Assembly: GCA_002633005.1 (NCBI GenBank)
Contig: NMRA01000049.1
Coordinates: 912,011-976,010, forward strand
Direction: 5' to 3'
DNA length: 64,000 nucleotides
Source of the DNA: Phoronis australis
Lineage: Eukaryota > Animalia > Phoronida
Shown here piece after piece: positions 13,078 through 26,759 of this stretch (position 1 is the first letter of the stretch; each line of letters starts with the position of its first letter). Made by a program: the position numbers and the translations under genes. Under the pieces are notes generated by a model. The model saw only the letters and a program-made list of their open reading frames with translations. It had not been told where the DNA came from and did no database searches.

Positions 13078-14971
13078 AGAGGCATGGAACATGAAAGATC
13101 GCCAAAATATCATTTAAAAACAATCGACGACGAAAGTAGAATCTCGCAACGTCTAGTATAGAGTAATTCATTGTGAGGAAAAGTCCAGAAAAAGCACAAA
13201 TTTACGATTTTTGAAATACGCGCCTCGGAAAAACTCTGTGATAATCACAGAGTTTCTAATGTCCCTGTCATTTAGTCATTTGCTTACACTCCTTGCTTGA
13301 AGTCGCTTGGGGTCAAATGTTGACATTTTCCATGTAAGGGAATTGTGTTATGTCTGTGTCTTACCATGCCAAATAAAGAGACGCGTTTTGCCTTGGAAGA
13401 GAAAAATCGACAAGTGGCGAGCATTTGAAAGATCGTGAATTTTCAAAATTTAAAACTAAAAGAAAATTTATTTCGTCTTTTTATCGTCTTAATCGGTCTT
13501 TATCCACACCACCTCGTATATACGGTCGATCTTACCTCGCTGAGAGCTGTCGCGTTAAGCTACATGTATGAGGAAGACGAGTACATGACGCAGCGACGTC
13601 AGTGGTTCCTTAGCTGAGTGTGTGCCACTATGGTGTAGCGCATTGCTCCCGCATACGGTGAACGATGAAGCTCTGAGGAAAGTGGGTATATCGTTTTTCT
13701 TTTTGATTTTCTCGAGAATCCGAAATGCTTCGAAAGTGGTTCGCGGCAACAAAGAATGAAAAGCACGCTGTTAATAACAAGTATGAGGCAGTATCTCCGT
13801 GTCTGTGGCCAACATTGTTCTGTTTCAAATTGAGTTGATCTCACCCGAACCAATGTTAAATATTACTGAAACAAAGTGTATCGAAAGACTGTCTCAGTAG
13901 ATACAACTTGTAATGCCTTTGGAGTATCCGTGAGTGCAAATGTTTTGACAAACCAACAATGAATAAATCATACTGCGTTACCGACTTCAGATGCAATAAA
14001 ACTAATTGACCGGGCACCCGAGGCCGTGTGAGCACAGTGTTTGCTGACAGAAAACTGTTGTGAAACAATAACTCGATTTTATATGCTATGGTCAGACGTT
14101 AATGGAATCTTTATTTAGATGTGTATACATTATTCTAATCATTTCTATTGTACACATTTTTCCTTATAGGGATCAATGGAAAGGGAACCGGCTTCACGCA
14201 CCCCGTCGGGTAAATAGATTTGCAATTTTGTGGCGTTTTTATCAAAATACTCAAATGCACGTAATTTCTTTGGTTCACTAGTCTAGTCTTTTCGTGACTC
14301 GAAGTTTAATTTTCAACTTTGGCAGCCCACTAAACCGGCTGGTTTATGTTCGTGATGTCTCAGTCCTGGCCACTAGGTTACAACGAACGTTTTATGTGTT
14401 TAGAACTTCAAAAAATCGCTAGTCTAAAATTACAACACACGGGTATGCACTCCTGTCTGTATTTCACGGAAGAATAATTCTAAATTATCAGAGAACAGAA
14501 ATCCGTGACCGACCTTGATAAGTTGGCCTACCGAACTGTTTGTAGGCTATGGTACGTTCAAAATTTCTATAAATGAGCAACAGTGAAATAAAACAACTCG
14601 TTTGTTTAAAAACTCAATGTATTTGTAAAGGTTTTGCATAAAAGTTTGATGATTTATTGGTGTAAAGCGATGATGTCAAACGATAAGCTGACACCAGTAA
14701 GCGTGCTGTGAACTACTGAACAATGAGACTGTTATAAAACCAATGATTAATTTCAGCACCTCCGTTTGCCGTCTGATGTCAGGTAAAAGAACTGAACTTG
14801 CTGTTATTGAATGGAACTAATCTGTCTAAATTCAACAAAATGCGTTGTTTTTTGGTGGCACTTTCCTTTAAAAATCCTAACGAACGAACCCTAAAAGTAC
14901 CTGATGAGCAGGTTGAATTATGTTTCAATCGTGGTAGAGAATCACTTTCAATGTTGCAGTTCAGGGCCTCT
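13078..14971 (+). mobile_element. Kolobok-type MITE family A, copy 3, split by a ~1.35-kb insert
   Basis: 13078-~13470 matches the 5' part and ~14830-14971 the 3' part of copy 2 (ccctaaaagtacctgatgagcaggttgaatt...gggcctct). Confidence 0.7.
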
Positions 14972-16352
14972 TTACACTGATTTGATCCTTTCAATGATAA
15001 TAATTCGAGCCCACAATCAAAAACAAATTCAGTTACCGCGTGTACTTCATGTCACGGAGCTCTGTCTTGGTAGGGTTGGTCAACTCTGGTATTACGAAAC
15101 TGGCAGTCTTTTTACACTCCGATGCTTTGAGCGATCTAACTTTGGAAAGTACTTTCTATCATAGTGTGATGGAATTTGGATTACGCATGTTGATATAAAC
15201 TGTTTGCCTTTTAGGACGTGAATCAGGAGGCCTTGTCACTTTATAATGCCAGAGATAACGCTAAGCTTCCTAAGTACAGTTGACCAAGACGGGAGACAGT
15301 AGGCCTAAATGACGACGGCATGCAAACGTTCACTGATGAAATGTCCGTACTTTTAGTCGTAACTCTGCACCACGGTCTGCAAGTTATCCAGTCAGTGCCA
15401 CATATTCGGCGGAATTCCTAAACTTACCCACCTTCCTTCTACTCAAAGTTAGTAGTTTTCAACCTAACACACGACTCTCATATGACTACTAGGCACCAGC
15501 AGACAACACACCCCGAATGCTAGAACACTCCGGCAAAAATTGGGTTGGCGGTGTCGATCCGGGATTGTTTTTGCTAAGCTTTAAAATTTGAGGGATACGA
15601 TTAAGATCCGGAGTGTTAGCAGTTGAAGCTGCCTTGACGGTCCGCAGCTATCCTTGTTGGAACCCGGCGACGGCCGGGAGGTCCTACCTTGGAGGTCCGG
15701 GAGGCTAGCACTTCAGTTTTGGGTACTCCAGAACTGTCATGTTTGACTATGACGGAGATGGGGATATTCGGGTCCATGTGACCGCCGTGTAGAGTCTAGG
15801 GAGGGCACAGCCGTAGCCCTGCTTTAATTGCCCGTGTGGGTCCTTGGCAGCCTAGGCTGAATTTTAGATCCCGACTGCCGGGCTTAGGTGCCGTTCCCCG
15901 GATCCTACACAAACTGACAGCGGCTATACGGAACACGCCGGCACGGTTAATAGACGTTCAGGGCTACTATCACAAATCAAGAAGAAGCTAATGACGAAGC
16001 ATGAACGGTGCCAACATGAAAAAACAGGGTGCAAACATGGCGAATAGACACGGACTATGACGGGAGAAAACGAAGTAGCACGGACCAAGACGAACGCTCA
16101 CATAAATGGGGACAATCCGAGATCCGATTCGCCGAAAATCACTTTACTTCATAGAATTCTTTTATTACTTTTAGAGTCCAAGGCGGTCCGTGTCATTGTC
16201 CCGCTATCGCTCACTTCATCGACGTCCTTTTGTCAGATGGCTATATTGCTGCGATTGGGTAAACCTGGGCTGCATTCTGTAATCGAAAACCCTCGCGAGT
16301 GAAGCTGGTGTGATCACGTGCTTTGGCTTGTAATGCATGGCGATACATGTAC

Positions 16353-16911
16353 CTGGTTCCCTGTGTGCCGCTAGGTGGTCGGTAACCAGCACGCAGGTAT
16401 CACTTAATTTTCGTCGGGAATTTTTTTTACACCGGCGTTTCTGATTGGCTAGTCGAATTCTCAACAGGCAGCGCTTTACGCAAACAAACTGGCATGACTG
16501 ATGGACTGTTGTACAGATAAATCGGTGCTTAAAATTTATGTTCAGGAAATGTGAATCCTAGAAATTGTGGTTGCGCCTTTTCTTAGTGCATATTTCTACT
16601 GTCGATGACTTTTGTTTACGATACTGTCCTGTATACATACAGTATGAATAACACACCGGTTAAATCGGCCAGATATGTGTTTGTTGTACCTGTATGTGCT
16701 TCAAGCACGCGGCTATTAAAGGTCACTGCAGAAACGAAATAATTGCTGCGACGCCACTTGCATGACAAGGCTAAAAATCGTTCTCAGTCCGCCATTTTTT
16801 CACGGTGTTGTAAAGCTAAGCAATGACTGCTGAGGTTACATCAACTAATGCTAAAGCGCGTGCCACTGCGTGATACCTGCGTGCTGGCTAGGCACGTAGG
16901 GAACCAGCGAG
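16353..16911 (+). mobile_element. TIR MITE family B, copy 1 (possibly AcademH-type)
   Basis: TIRs CTGGTTCCCT...AGGGAACCAGCGAG; a 9-bp direct repeat tggcgatac lies near both ends; homologous to 31498-31914. Confidence 0.75.
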
Positions 16912-18867
16912 TGGCGATACCTGACTTGTCTCGCGTATCTCGGAAGAGGCTTTTTTCGGAAATTAACTAAATGTGTCAACTGATGGCCATTAGCTTTTCA
17001 ATACCCTGCTCACAAATCTAGTGTTTTTTGTTAATGTTTTAACTAAAATTTATCACTGACTGTTTCCCTGCTGATCCAGATATTGTACATGTTGTCTTGC
17101 TAAGTTTTTTAACTCGAAGAAATAAGTATGATATTGAAGAATCTCAGGCTCACTATTGTCAATACACACTCGATTTACTGGGCCTAATTTTTTTCATCAT
17201 AATTTCCAAAACGTAAATGTACATGGCAAAATCAGATAAGGGGATATGCGTTCACTTCTCACCAGAAACTTATTCAGCTGAACTCAACCCTGGGCTGTGT
17301 TAACGTTTGTCAACTAAACGTAGAGTTTTCTAAACAGCTCTTCGTTTTTAAATACTTGTGGTTTCTCGTAGCTACAACATGTAGAGGAACATCCGCTCCC
17401 GTCGTTTGAACATAGACTGAGTTAAAAAAACACGGTGCACCTGTTAAGCGAAATCAGAAGCCAAAGTTAATGTAGGTAACCTTTATGGCTTAATCATACA
17501 GGGTGATTTTCTCGAAACAAGGCCCCATACATTTGCTAATGCTTTTTTCTAGGCACCCGAAACTTTGTATAAACCAACACAATTATATTGAGAACAAACG
17601 CTATAGCACGCGAAGAGATTGTTGAACGCTGTGCATCCTCGTTGCTTCGGCGGTCTGTCAATTTCGCGTTCAGCTGATTTATTCCAAAGAGCAACGCATT
17701 TTTTTTCAAATTGAATAGACTCATGGAGTCGTACTTTGATACTCATGGGGACATTTCCAGTACCTAGGGCCTGCTGTAAAAGTGTTTGAAATCATAACTG
17801 TAAGCCATCGCGTCAGCTCAGCTAGGTCAACGTCTCCATGTCAGTTTGTTTTTGCTTGTTTAGTGTGATGTCATTTTGACGTTGTGGACTCAGTCAAGTA
17901 AAATTAAAATGCCAAAATTAAAAGCCATAATAATAATTCTGCCTCATTTACGTATCTCTGGTCAATCACTAAGCACTTCGACAATTGTTAACTTGCCCGG
18001 CCCTTGTCAATCGTAATCATTCTGAACTCTCCGAGAGAATACAGACTTTTAAGTGTGGGGTATTCAAAAATGGGTGTCAGAGCACACTGACTGACCCACA
18101 CACATAACTTTATAACTCACTCAAGAGCTAAATTGCCCCCGTGGTTACCTAGGTTGGAAAAAAGTCCCCAGATCTGCAAATTTTTGAAAATGTGATATGA
18201 CTCTGCATTTCTTTTCCTATTTGTGGGTTCAATTCCGTCATATTAGTGGCACATAGGTCAACCCTAAACAATCGGGACAACGACATAAGCAATACATAAA
18301 ACCAAGTGTAGGCATTAGGTGCGACTTAATTCAAATGGAAAGTGTGAATGTGACAACATAATAGTCATCTATTGAAATAAAGCAGGGCAATCGAGATTTC
18401 GAACTCAGTGGCCCTTTGAGGTCAACTAGGACATTCTTACTGAATGTGTTGCAGTTTGAGCTGAAATACCTAAAAAACTAAGTCGGTAACGCCCTGACAC
18501 ATTCTTATTGCATGGAAAAAGATGAATATGAAAGTAAAACAAAAGAAAGAATTACGTTTTTGTGTGAAAGCCAAAGCGCTAAAAATTGAGGTACTTCAGA
18601 ATAGAATTTCGTCCATTACCATAATTAGATTGTGGCTTTTCAGTATTAAAACCATATAATTTTTGCCAGAAGTGCTTCTGTTTAGGCGGCGGTTACGAAT
18701 AAAACTACTATAATTCGGTGACACTCACATTTTTGCAGATTTTTATTAGCCAAAGACCAAACTTGCAAACATCAAAACAATTTCGAAACCTCTACAAGCG
18801 TAAATCTCAGATAGTTCAACGAAATTAATTCGTTTTCAAATGATTTTCAATCAATTGTGGCAGTCCA

Positions 18868-18870
<3 letters not shown>

Positions 18871-18924
<54 letters not shown>
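18871..18924. repeat. (TA)27 microsatellite
   Basis: Read directly from the sequence. Confidence 0.97.
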
Positions 18925-18927
<3 letters not shown>

Positions 18928-21900
18928 GATTTATGTTCAACTAGAAATCGCGCTGTTTGGGGATAAAGTGGCAGATATGCGGTCTTCCTACGATACTTTG
19001 TTAAGTGTTTCAAATATTCTTCAAGATTTCCTAAAGTTGTGTATAACTTGTTTGACTTGTAGATTGTTGGAAGAATTGCTGTGCGTGAACCGTTGGTTGA
19101 GCTGATTCGGACTGTTCACAGTTTAGTGTTACTAATATCATATACAGTTATATATAGCCTAGAACGTCATTACACGCTAAATTTACCACATTCATTTATT
19201 ACTTCTGTTGTGAGGTGCTTTAGACACGAATTGGCGATTGCGAAATGTCACCATGCTGATGCCGATAGAAGGTTCCGACTGTGTTCTCTCTGTTAATATC
19301 AAGTCATTGGAGATGAGTATCATTTCATTTGTGTTTACCCTCAGTATACGGACTCGAGAACTATGCGTTTAACAAAAGAGTACTGGCATGTGTCGACATT
19401 TAAAAAGCTAATGTGCTGTAAAGACAACGTCATTGAGTGCGAGTTACGGAAATACGTTTTTCATGCAAAACAACAGAACTGCGCAATCTTGAAGGCATTT
19501 AAATTAATGTAAACTGTTGTACATGTATACCATGGGCCAAATGCCTGGAAGGTATAAATAAAGAATATATATGCATCATTGATTTAATCAATAACTCCAC
19601 GTTTTTCCAGAGGCTGCTCTTTTAAAACAGCTGTAGCGGAAAAAATCAGTGACTTTGTTTTTCAGATTTTTAGCAAATAAAAATATTAAACATTTTTTAA
19701 AAGTTCAGTGAACAATTAAAACTTCGCCAAAAATCCTGAAAAGCAAATTCATTGTAGACGTGAATCAACGGTATGGTTAAAGCGATGCGCGGTAAAATCT
19801 CATCAGTTTCTGGAAATTAAGGGGGTCGAGTGAATATTTTCTCACTTTTTCATAAATGATAATTAGGACCAAGGTTGGCTTTGCTACCACGAGACACAAT
19901 TTCAATTCCTACGATCATCTACAACAATGCAATGTTAGAAGTTTCTGATAAAGGAATGCAGGACGATCAGGTTTTACACTATCTGTTGCCGAGGAATCAG
20001 TGAATCATAACGGTAATCTAGATGCGACGTGGCGGTAACCCAGAGTTTGGTCTAAGATTCAATCGCATATTTTTTGTGCCTTCCCTGCGTGCCCATTTCC
20101 GATTCTATCACCTTTCCAAGACAACTAGCTCGACAAGAGGAAATTGAGTGAACACGTACATTGTAGACGATAGTGGTTTATCTAGTAGATAAACTAACAT
20201 AATCAATTTATTTCAATTACCGGCAGATAATCACCAGCATACATTGTTGAAAAAGAAATTACGGAGATTGATTTGTTACATTTAAAACGAACTCCATTTT
20301 TCCTTTTTCTCCGAACCTGTCGACTTCATGTCTCCTGTTAACGTGACTGGGTCCGTATAACAAAGATTTTTCCGAATTTCAAAACAGTAATTCTGGATTG
20401 ACACGTGTCATAAACCCTGGCTATTATTGTCATGTATATACACATACTTGCGTTGCTTGTTAGCAACATCTTGAGGATACAAACTGTAAGGTTTAACTGT
20501 TTATTACAATACAGTTTGTAAGTTTGATAGCCATGTAGCTTCCTGCTGCGTGATTAGAGTCATCGGAAACATTCAGTCGCCAACGAGACTGTCCGTTAGC
20601 GGAATTCTTGGCGACTTGTTCAGTGACCAGTGTCAATTTAAAGGAAAAGAACACACTGACATTGCGTTGGAAGTGCGAATTTGAATGAAAAAGAAATTGA
20701 TGGTTTTACATCAGAACACGGTTGATAGCGGGTTTATCACACACTTTGTAAGAACTACACGCATCGACAACGCCAACCAGAAAACCTATTTACAGTACAG
20801 GTGGCATCAATAATTATACCCAACTAAACGACGACAGGAGGAGCTAGTGAATGCCTGGTGATCATTTGTAATCGGAAAAAATATGATTGTCACCAAACGT
20901 CAAGTACTCCGGCATAATTGTGTCTAAATTGTTAAAAAATGCGAAAATCTGCCCTAAAACGGACGGATGTAACAGAATACCGGCTTCGTTGCGGTCCTTA
21001 CGCGTTAGCACAAATTGCCTGTATGACGTCAATAAGCTCAACGAACCCATAGGACGATAGTTAAGGTTATTAATAAGAATACAAGCATCGTGCTTGCCTT
21101 TGTGTTATCCTGCACGAAAATTTGAGTATGGAACGTTTTTAGAATCAGTTTTGTCTCATTCTAATGAGAAGCAATTAGGTGAGTAATTGTCATCTGTTAA
21201 TTTAAGCTATAGCCGAATCTGTAAAATTGGGTTCCATGTCTCCACTAATTCGGCAATTGTTGACTTCTGCATGATCTCAATATAATCCAGCACTAACTTG
21301 CCTCCGACAGCAATAAAAAGGTTGTGGACGAAAAGTTTTCGTTTCTGAAAAACCACATCTTACACAGTGGTGGCTAATAATCATTTTGACGTTTTAAAAA
21401 ACGTTCATTGTTCATCCAGTCTATTGATTCCACATTTCAAAAGTTTGCTAAAGGCAAAGTATCATTAGACATTGTCCAACAGTCGATCATCAGTTATAGA
21501 CAATGGAATCCTGCGCTGGGCAAATTTCAGATACATGTATGTGGAATAGACTGGATAAATACCAAACGTTTTAGTGTGTTTTAGCAAGTAATGATTAAAA
21601 GTCACTTAGTTCTTGTTTCCAGATGAATCAAGGTAGGCACTATGTCGTTTTTTCTGAAAGTCGAAATAACCGAGTCTGAAATTCCCTAATTTATACCAAA
21701 TGTAAACTTCGGGAAAAAAGCAATCAATGAATCTGTCTAAATAGCCAGCGTGACATCTTTGGCGAAACATCTACCTGTAACGATGTATACAACTGCACAT
21801 CTATACTGATTCCGGTCGGAACTACTTCTGCTTTATTTTGACACCTGAACGACACAAATACTTCACATGCATACTAGCAAATTAAATATACCCAAAGACT

Positions 21901-22421
21901 CTGAGACGCAACTCTTTAATTCAAAAATTTAAGTGAAAACACTTTTCCATGCACTTATGTACACAACTTATAAGGTAAACGAGATTTTTAAGATGCTTTG
22001 TGTGATTCGTCACACTCTTCGTCGGGAAAAGGCGTATTATGTGAACCTCTTGGCTTCCGTTTTCTATTTGATTTGGGTTAATAAATTTGACTGTTTTGTC
22101 GTTTGTGATGCCCACATCTTGTTGTAATTTTTTAAATCTGCGGTCGAAAGAGATTAATACCTGTTTGCTTCGTTAACGCCGTGTCGAAAATTTCGAAGGA
22201 TAACTAAGGGTCTAACACTAGTATCGAGGCGTGTGGAGGATGTACATGTATCTCTAAATAAGGTATTGTAGTGTCTTGAAATACGAACCAGTAATAGGCT
22301 CGCAGCATATATTTTTCAAGAGATCACTATCTGTTGAACATGATTGAATTGATGACACACGTATGCTAACGTAACACACTTAGCGACATCTTTGTTGAAG
22401 CATTTGAAAACATGAAATCAC

Positions 22422-22553
22422 TTAAAGGTGTATTTGTGTGTTCTTAACTATGCTAATGTATAGCAGGAACTAAGCGACAATGTTACTTTAAAGGTGTATT
22501 TGCACGCTCTTAACTATACTAATGTATAGCAGGAACTAAACGACAATGCTAGT
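22422..22553. repeat. 66-bp tandem duplication
   Basis: ttaaaggtgtatttg...ctaatgtatagcaggaactaa.cgacaatg at 22422 and 22488. Confidence 0.85.
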
Positions 22554-23560
22554 TTATCACAATCTACGCTAAACAGAGAGCAGTTCTTACATTCACGGAC
22601 AATTTGTAAAATTAATGTGAAAACAGAAAAATCTCCAAATAAGTGACCTGTGCACTAACGGTGCAGCTCGCGGGCTCAAATGGCCCGCATCATGAAGTTT
22701 TATTCCCCAGCATCACGTCATGATACATACTGGACACGGTTCAGTGATTTTCGGCGAAAAACGCGTTCTTAAAACATTTGGTAACTTTCAAGCTACTTCA
22801 TATTGACATCGTCACTATATTGTGTGTTTCTAACTAATTTGACCAAGCATCACAGGGACAAGTAATTAGGCTGCGCATTCCCCTTTGAAAGGAGCTAGTT
22901 TTAGTCAATTAAACCGTCTACAAAAACAGTACAGTGACAGGTAACAGTGTCGACATATTGAGTGTGGTCTTCTTAGGCTTGATACGGATACTCGCTGTTT
23001 TACAGCATACTCAGTAATTGTACACTTTGAACGGAAACGTGTTACTTCAAACTTCGTTAGTGAAACAGAAAAAAAAACAAGGACCAGTCCTTCAGATGTT
23101 TACCTAATAGTGAAGTTGCTAATAGGTGAGGTATCCCAACGAGAAGGGAGATAATTAGGAAAAAGGGCATTACGTTGTGTGAAACTTATGTCATGTGAAT
23201 ACGTTTAAACCTCGAAATTACACGCAAACCTCTTAGGAAACAAATTGTCAAAATTACAAAAGAGCGACCAGGGCTGTGTTCGTAAAGCAAGTTTCTTGCT
23301 AGAAAAGCAAGATAGCACAAATTTTCGCTAGACATCGCCATGCATTGCAAGCGAAGCATGTGATCACACTAGGTTTACACACTAGTGTCTTGCGTCTATG
23401 GTACGCCCCTCCCCCGGCGTATACTGTATATTTGCAAGTTCTACCGCGAGCTTGTTAAAAGGTACTGAAATACTTTTGGGACGCTTATCTAAGAGTAAAG
23501 TTTGCAGCGCCTGGGACCTGTGACGTAGGTGACGACCAAAAACACTTTAAGACAAATTAA

Positions 23561-24502
23561 ACAGTACACACCATGGATTTTTGCACATTTCGAATTACCG
23601 GTGGCCACAGATTAAATGTATGACGTAAAATTTAGCCAAATCCATGATTATTTTGTGTCATTAGCTCGAAATTTTGATTTCTCTTTCAATTTCCCGCCAT
23701 GTGACATTATGGGTTGAACACAAGAGATCAGCGGCTAGCACTGAACAACGGCGGAGAGTAGGGAATTTGAAAGCGACAACGATTATGAGCAAGAAATGAA
23801 CAAATACTATGATGAAACGTACGAGAATGGTGGCCAGGACAACGAAAGGGGAAGGCACGAAAGCGAGAACGAGTTTGACATGTTTTCAGCTGCGTACTTT
23901 TCTACATTGAGGCCTAACGAACTGGATCCTCCCGCGAGAGAAGCGGCCTCGGGCTCGGCCAGTCAACCCAGTCATCCAACAGACGATCCTGAATAAAGCG
24001 CCAATGTTTCTGAATAGTAGATATTGTTCTTATTGAACCAGGCCTTCATCGTAACACCTCCGCTGATTGGAGTCGAAACACGACTCCTCAAAGTGGGCAC
24101 AACACAGAGTGGCTCCGGACAGAATCGCTTGGTCCACGCTGAGGTCCCACACTCTCGTTCGGCGCACGAAGCGATGCCACTACTGCACAACTTTGGCGTC
24201 CTTCGGAACACCGAGACGTTCTTCGTCTGACTGCTGTTGCTGCAGCCTCCGCAAACACATCTTTTCATCCCTCTACGAACCTTTTCGACGCTTAATATAA
24301 TTTACTTTCACTTCACTCTATACACTTAGTTGCTGATCCGAACAGTGTGCCGAACGACTTGGGTTCAACCCATGACGTTGTACATAATTATTTTTTTCAA
24401 TTTTTACGTGTTTTTTATGAGCTGTGCACTAAAGGCACTGAAATCAAGTAAGATATAATAATGAAATTTATTTTGAGGTACTAGAGTCATGTTGCGTACA
24501 CT
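23561..24502. mobile_element. Internally deleted Kolobok transposon with THAP-domain and putative second-gene relics
   Basis: TTAA at both ends; imperfect TIR acagtacacaccatg / catgttgcgtacact; subterminal inverted atgggttgaac(a/c)caag; THAP relic on the minus strand. Confidence 0.75.
24040..24268 (-). pseudogene. Degenerate THAP zinc-finger domain (transposase N-terminus)
   Basis: MKRCVCGGCSN, then after a frameshift FPKDAKVVQ*WHRFVRRTR...TLCCAHFEESCF: the C2CH THAP signature with conserved P, W and F. Confidence 0.8.
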
Positions 24503-25442
24503 TTAAGGTACTTCTTGTAGTTGGTAAACGCGTCTGTCTAAATGTTAACGATTTTTTTTCTTTTCTTAAAGAAACACTTCCCGGTTGTTTTCACCAGCTT
24601 GAAACACAAAGATAATGATTAAGTCGCATCAGTAGAAAGTGTCAATTAAATAAACTCATTTTTCTTACTGTACAACCATGTACATATAAACAGCTACATC
24701 AACAAATCTTCAAAGAAGTAAATAAAACGTTTAAAACTTAAAAACTAAAATTTTCATTCTGAAAGTTGCAGATGAAACGAAATAACATCGTTCCTGTTGG
24801 AGTTTGGATTTTTTTTCTAATTTTACTTTCCACGATAGTATTTTAGAGCAATTCATCAGATTTTCAAAACATTAAAACAGTTACGGCCCATGGACGTACA
24901 TGTACATTTGGGTTGGCTTATATCCGGAAATTCCTGTTATCGAACGAGTTTGCTTCGAACAATCGCGCAAATACGGGTATACGTTAGGTTAGTTTCTAGT
25001 GATCTTTGGCGTGATCACGCTAATATTCGAGAAACAGTACACGTATAGTTACTTGACAACATATATACATCGATTGGAAGTTGTACACTGATACAGCTTG
25101 GAAGAAATTGTGTTAGTTAAATAAGAATGCTATCGTGTTTGCCCAGAGCACTAACTGGTCAGTCTCGTATATTCCCACAAGGTGCAGTGTTTACTATCAT
25201 TACACGACCACTGATACTTCTATCCACTGATTGGCTGAAACGCGATACGGGAATTTCCGATACCGCTATATAGTTTTCATGTATGCCACCCGGACGTCAG
25301 AGGTCGATTTTCGCGATACGACCAATCAGACGCTGTAGAAATCATAGAACCTGACTACAGAAGCAAGTAGACGATGTCAGTATGTCAACGGAGTTAAGAA
25401 CAGAATAATTTTATAATAGACAGAAACACGGGTACCATTAAA

Positions 25443-25750
25443 TCACGCGCACGACATCTTACGCACAAACCGCCTGCGAACCAATGAATCATACAAGAAC
25501 CCACGAATCATGCATACGATCCCAAAAATCACGCATACGACCAAAAGTTAAGCATATGAACTACAAAAATCATATATGGGAACACATGAATCGAATCACA
25601 CGCACAAACACTTTATTGTTTAGTGGTTCGTGCGTATGATTCGGATGCTCGTGCGCATGATTTTTGTTCGTATGTGTGATTTTTTTGGGTTCGTGTGCAT
25701 GGTATATTGGTTTGTATGCATGATATGTAGGTTTGTAGGTGGTTTGTGCG
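25443..25750. repeat. Foldback element with cacgcatacga-type subunits
   Basis: Left arm of aatcacgcatacga-like units mirrored by ttcgtgcgtatgatt / tcgtgcgcatgatt units. Confidence 0.6.
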
Positions 25751-26759
25751 TTACTTTTTATTTTTCGTTGCATCCGCCTGACAACATCTGTTAATGACGC
25801 ATTCACTACTGACTTTATTAAAACGGTTGTTTCCCAAACTACTTTTTGTGCCGACCCACGACATGTTGGTAGTTTGGTAGTTCTTGGTGAACTGATTCGC
25901 AATCAATACGGTTTTACCACCTGGTGACTGTGGGACATTTTATGAGCAAATGTAATTAGTATACTAAAAGTTTACCAGTTACACTCTAAAGAGCGTTGAA
26001 CCCTCTGAAGATAGAGTGTTTGCGTGTTTGTTTCTTTAGCTATAATTCCAAACACACGCGTAATCAAAAAAGGCGGATGATATGATTGAAGCTCATTTTA
26101 GATGTTCTGTTTTGAGTGGCGTAAACGACTGTTGTTGTTACTGGAATCGTCTCAAAGGCTTTGACGGACTTGCATCGACATTCCGCGACGTCTCTGGGTG
26201 TATATCAAAGAGTTTGATTTAGGGAGAACATAGAAAACAGATTGAAAACCGCTTTCTGTGGTCTTTTAGACCTCTCCGATTTCATGATTAGTCTTTTAAA
26301 TAAAGATGCGCGAAACCAGTAAGGCATTGTTCAGGAAGTGGCTAAACAATGAATTTTGGTGCTTCTGCGAATGTTAATGCACAAGTATTAGACAATAACT
26401 GAGACGAAAATAACTAATGTCTCGAGAAACAGTCGAAATTTTCCGCAGATAGTGCCATTTAACATGTATTTGTTTCATGACTTCTAAATGATGGCATCAA
26501 CGCACGCTATCTAAAATCCCCACACAGGTGTCCGGCATAGCGTTTGTAGGAAGATGGCAGTGTAACCATAGTTTCATTTGCATATCGAAAAGTTCCCCGG
26601 AAGTTCCGACATCCGCATCAGCTTGTTCGGCCCAAGGAAATTATATCATTATATATGGTAACCCTATGATATTTCAGTTATTCATTACGAAACAGAGCCG
26701 CCGAGTTGTGTCTGTCGTTTGCACCGTGACATCGCACGACAGACTGCGCCTACCGATTC

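Noticed and set aside
13060-13105. Hammerhead ribozyme at ctgatgaga...gaaa
   Set aside because: No stem II can form; the motif straddles a Kolobok MITE terminus by chance.
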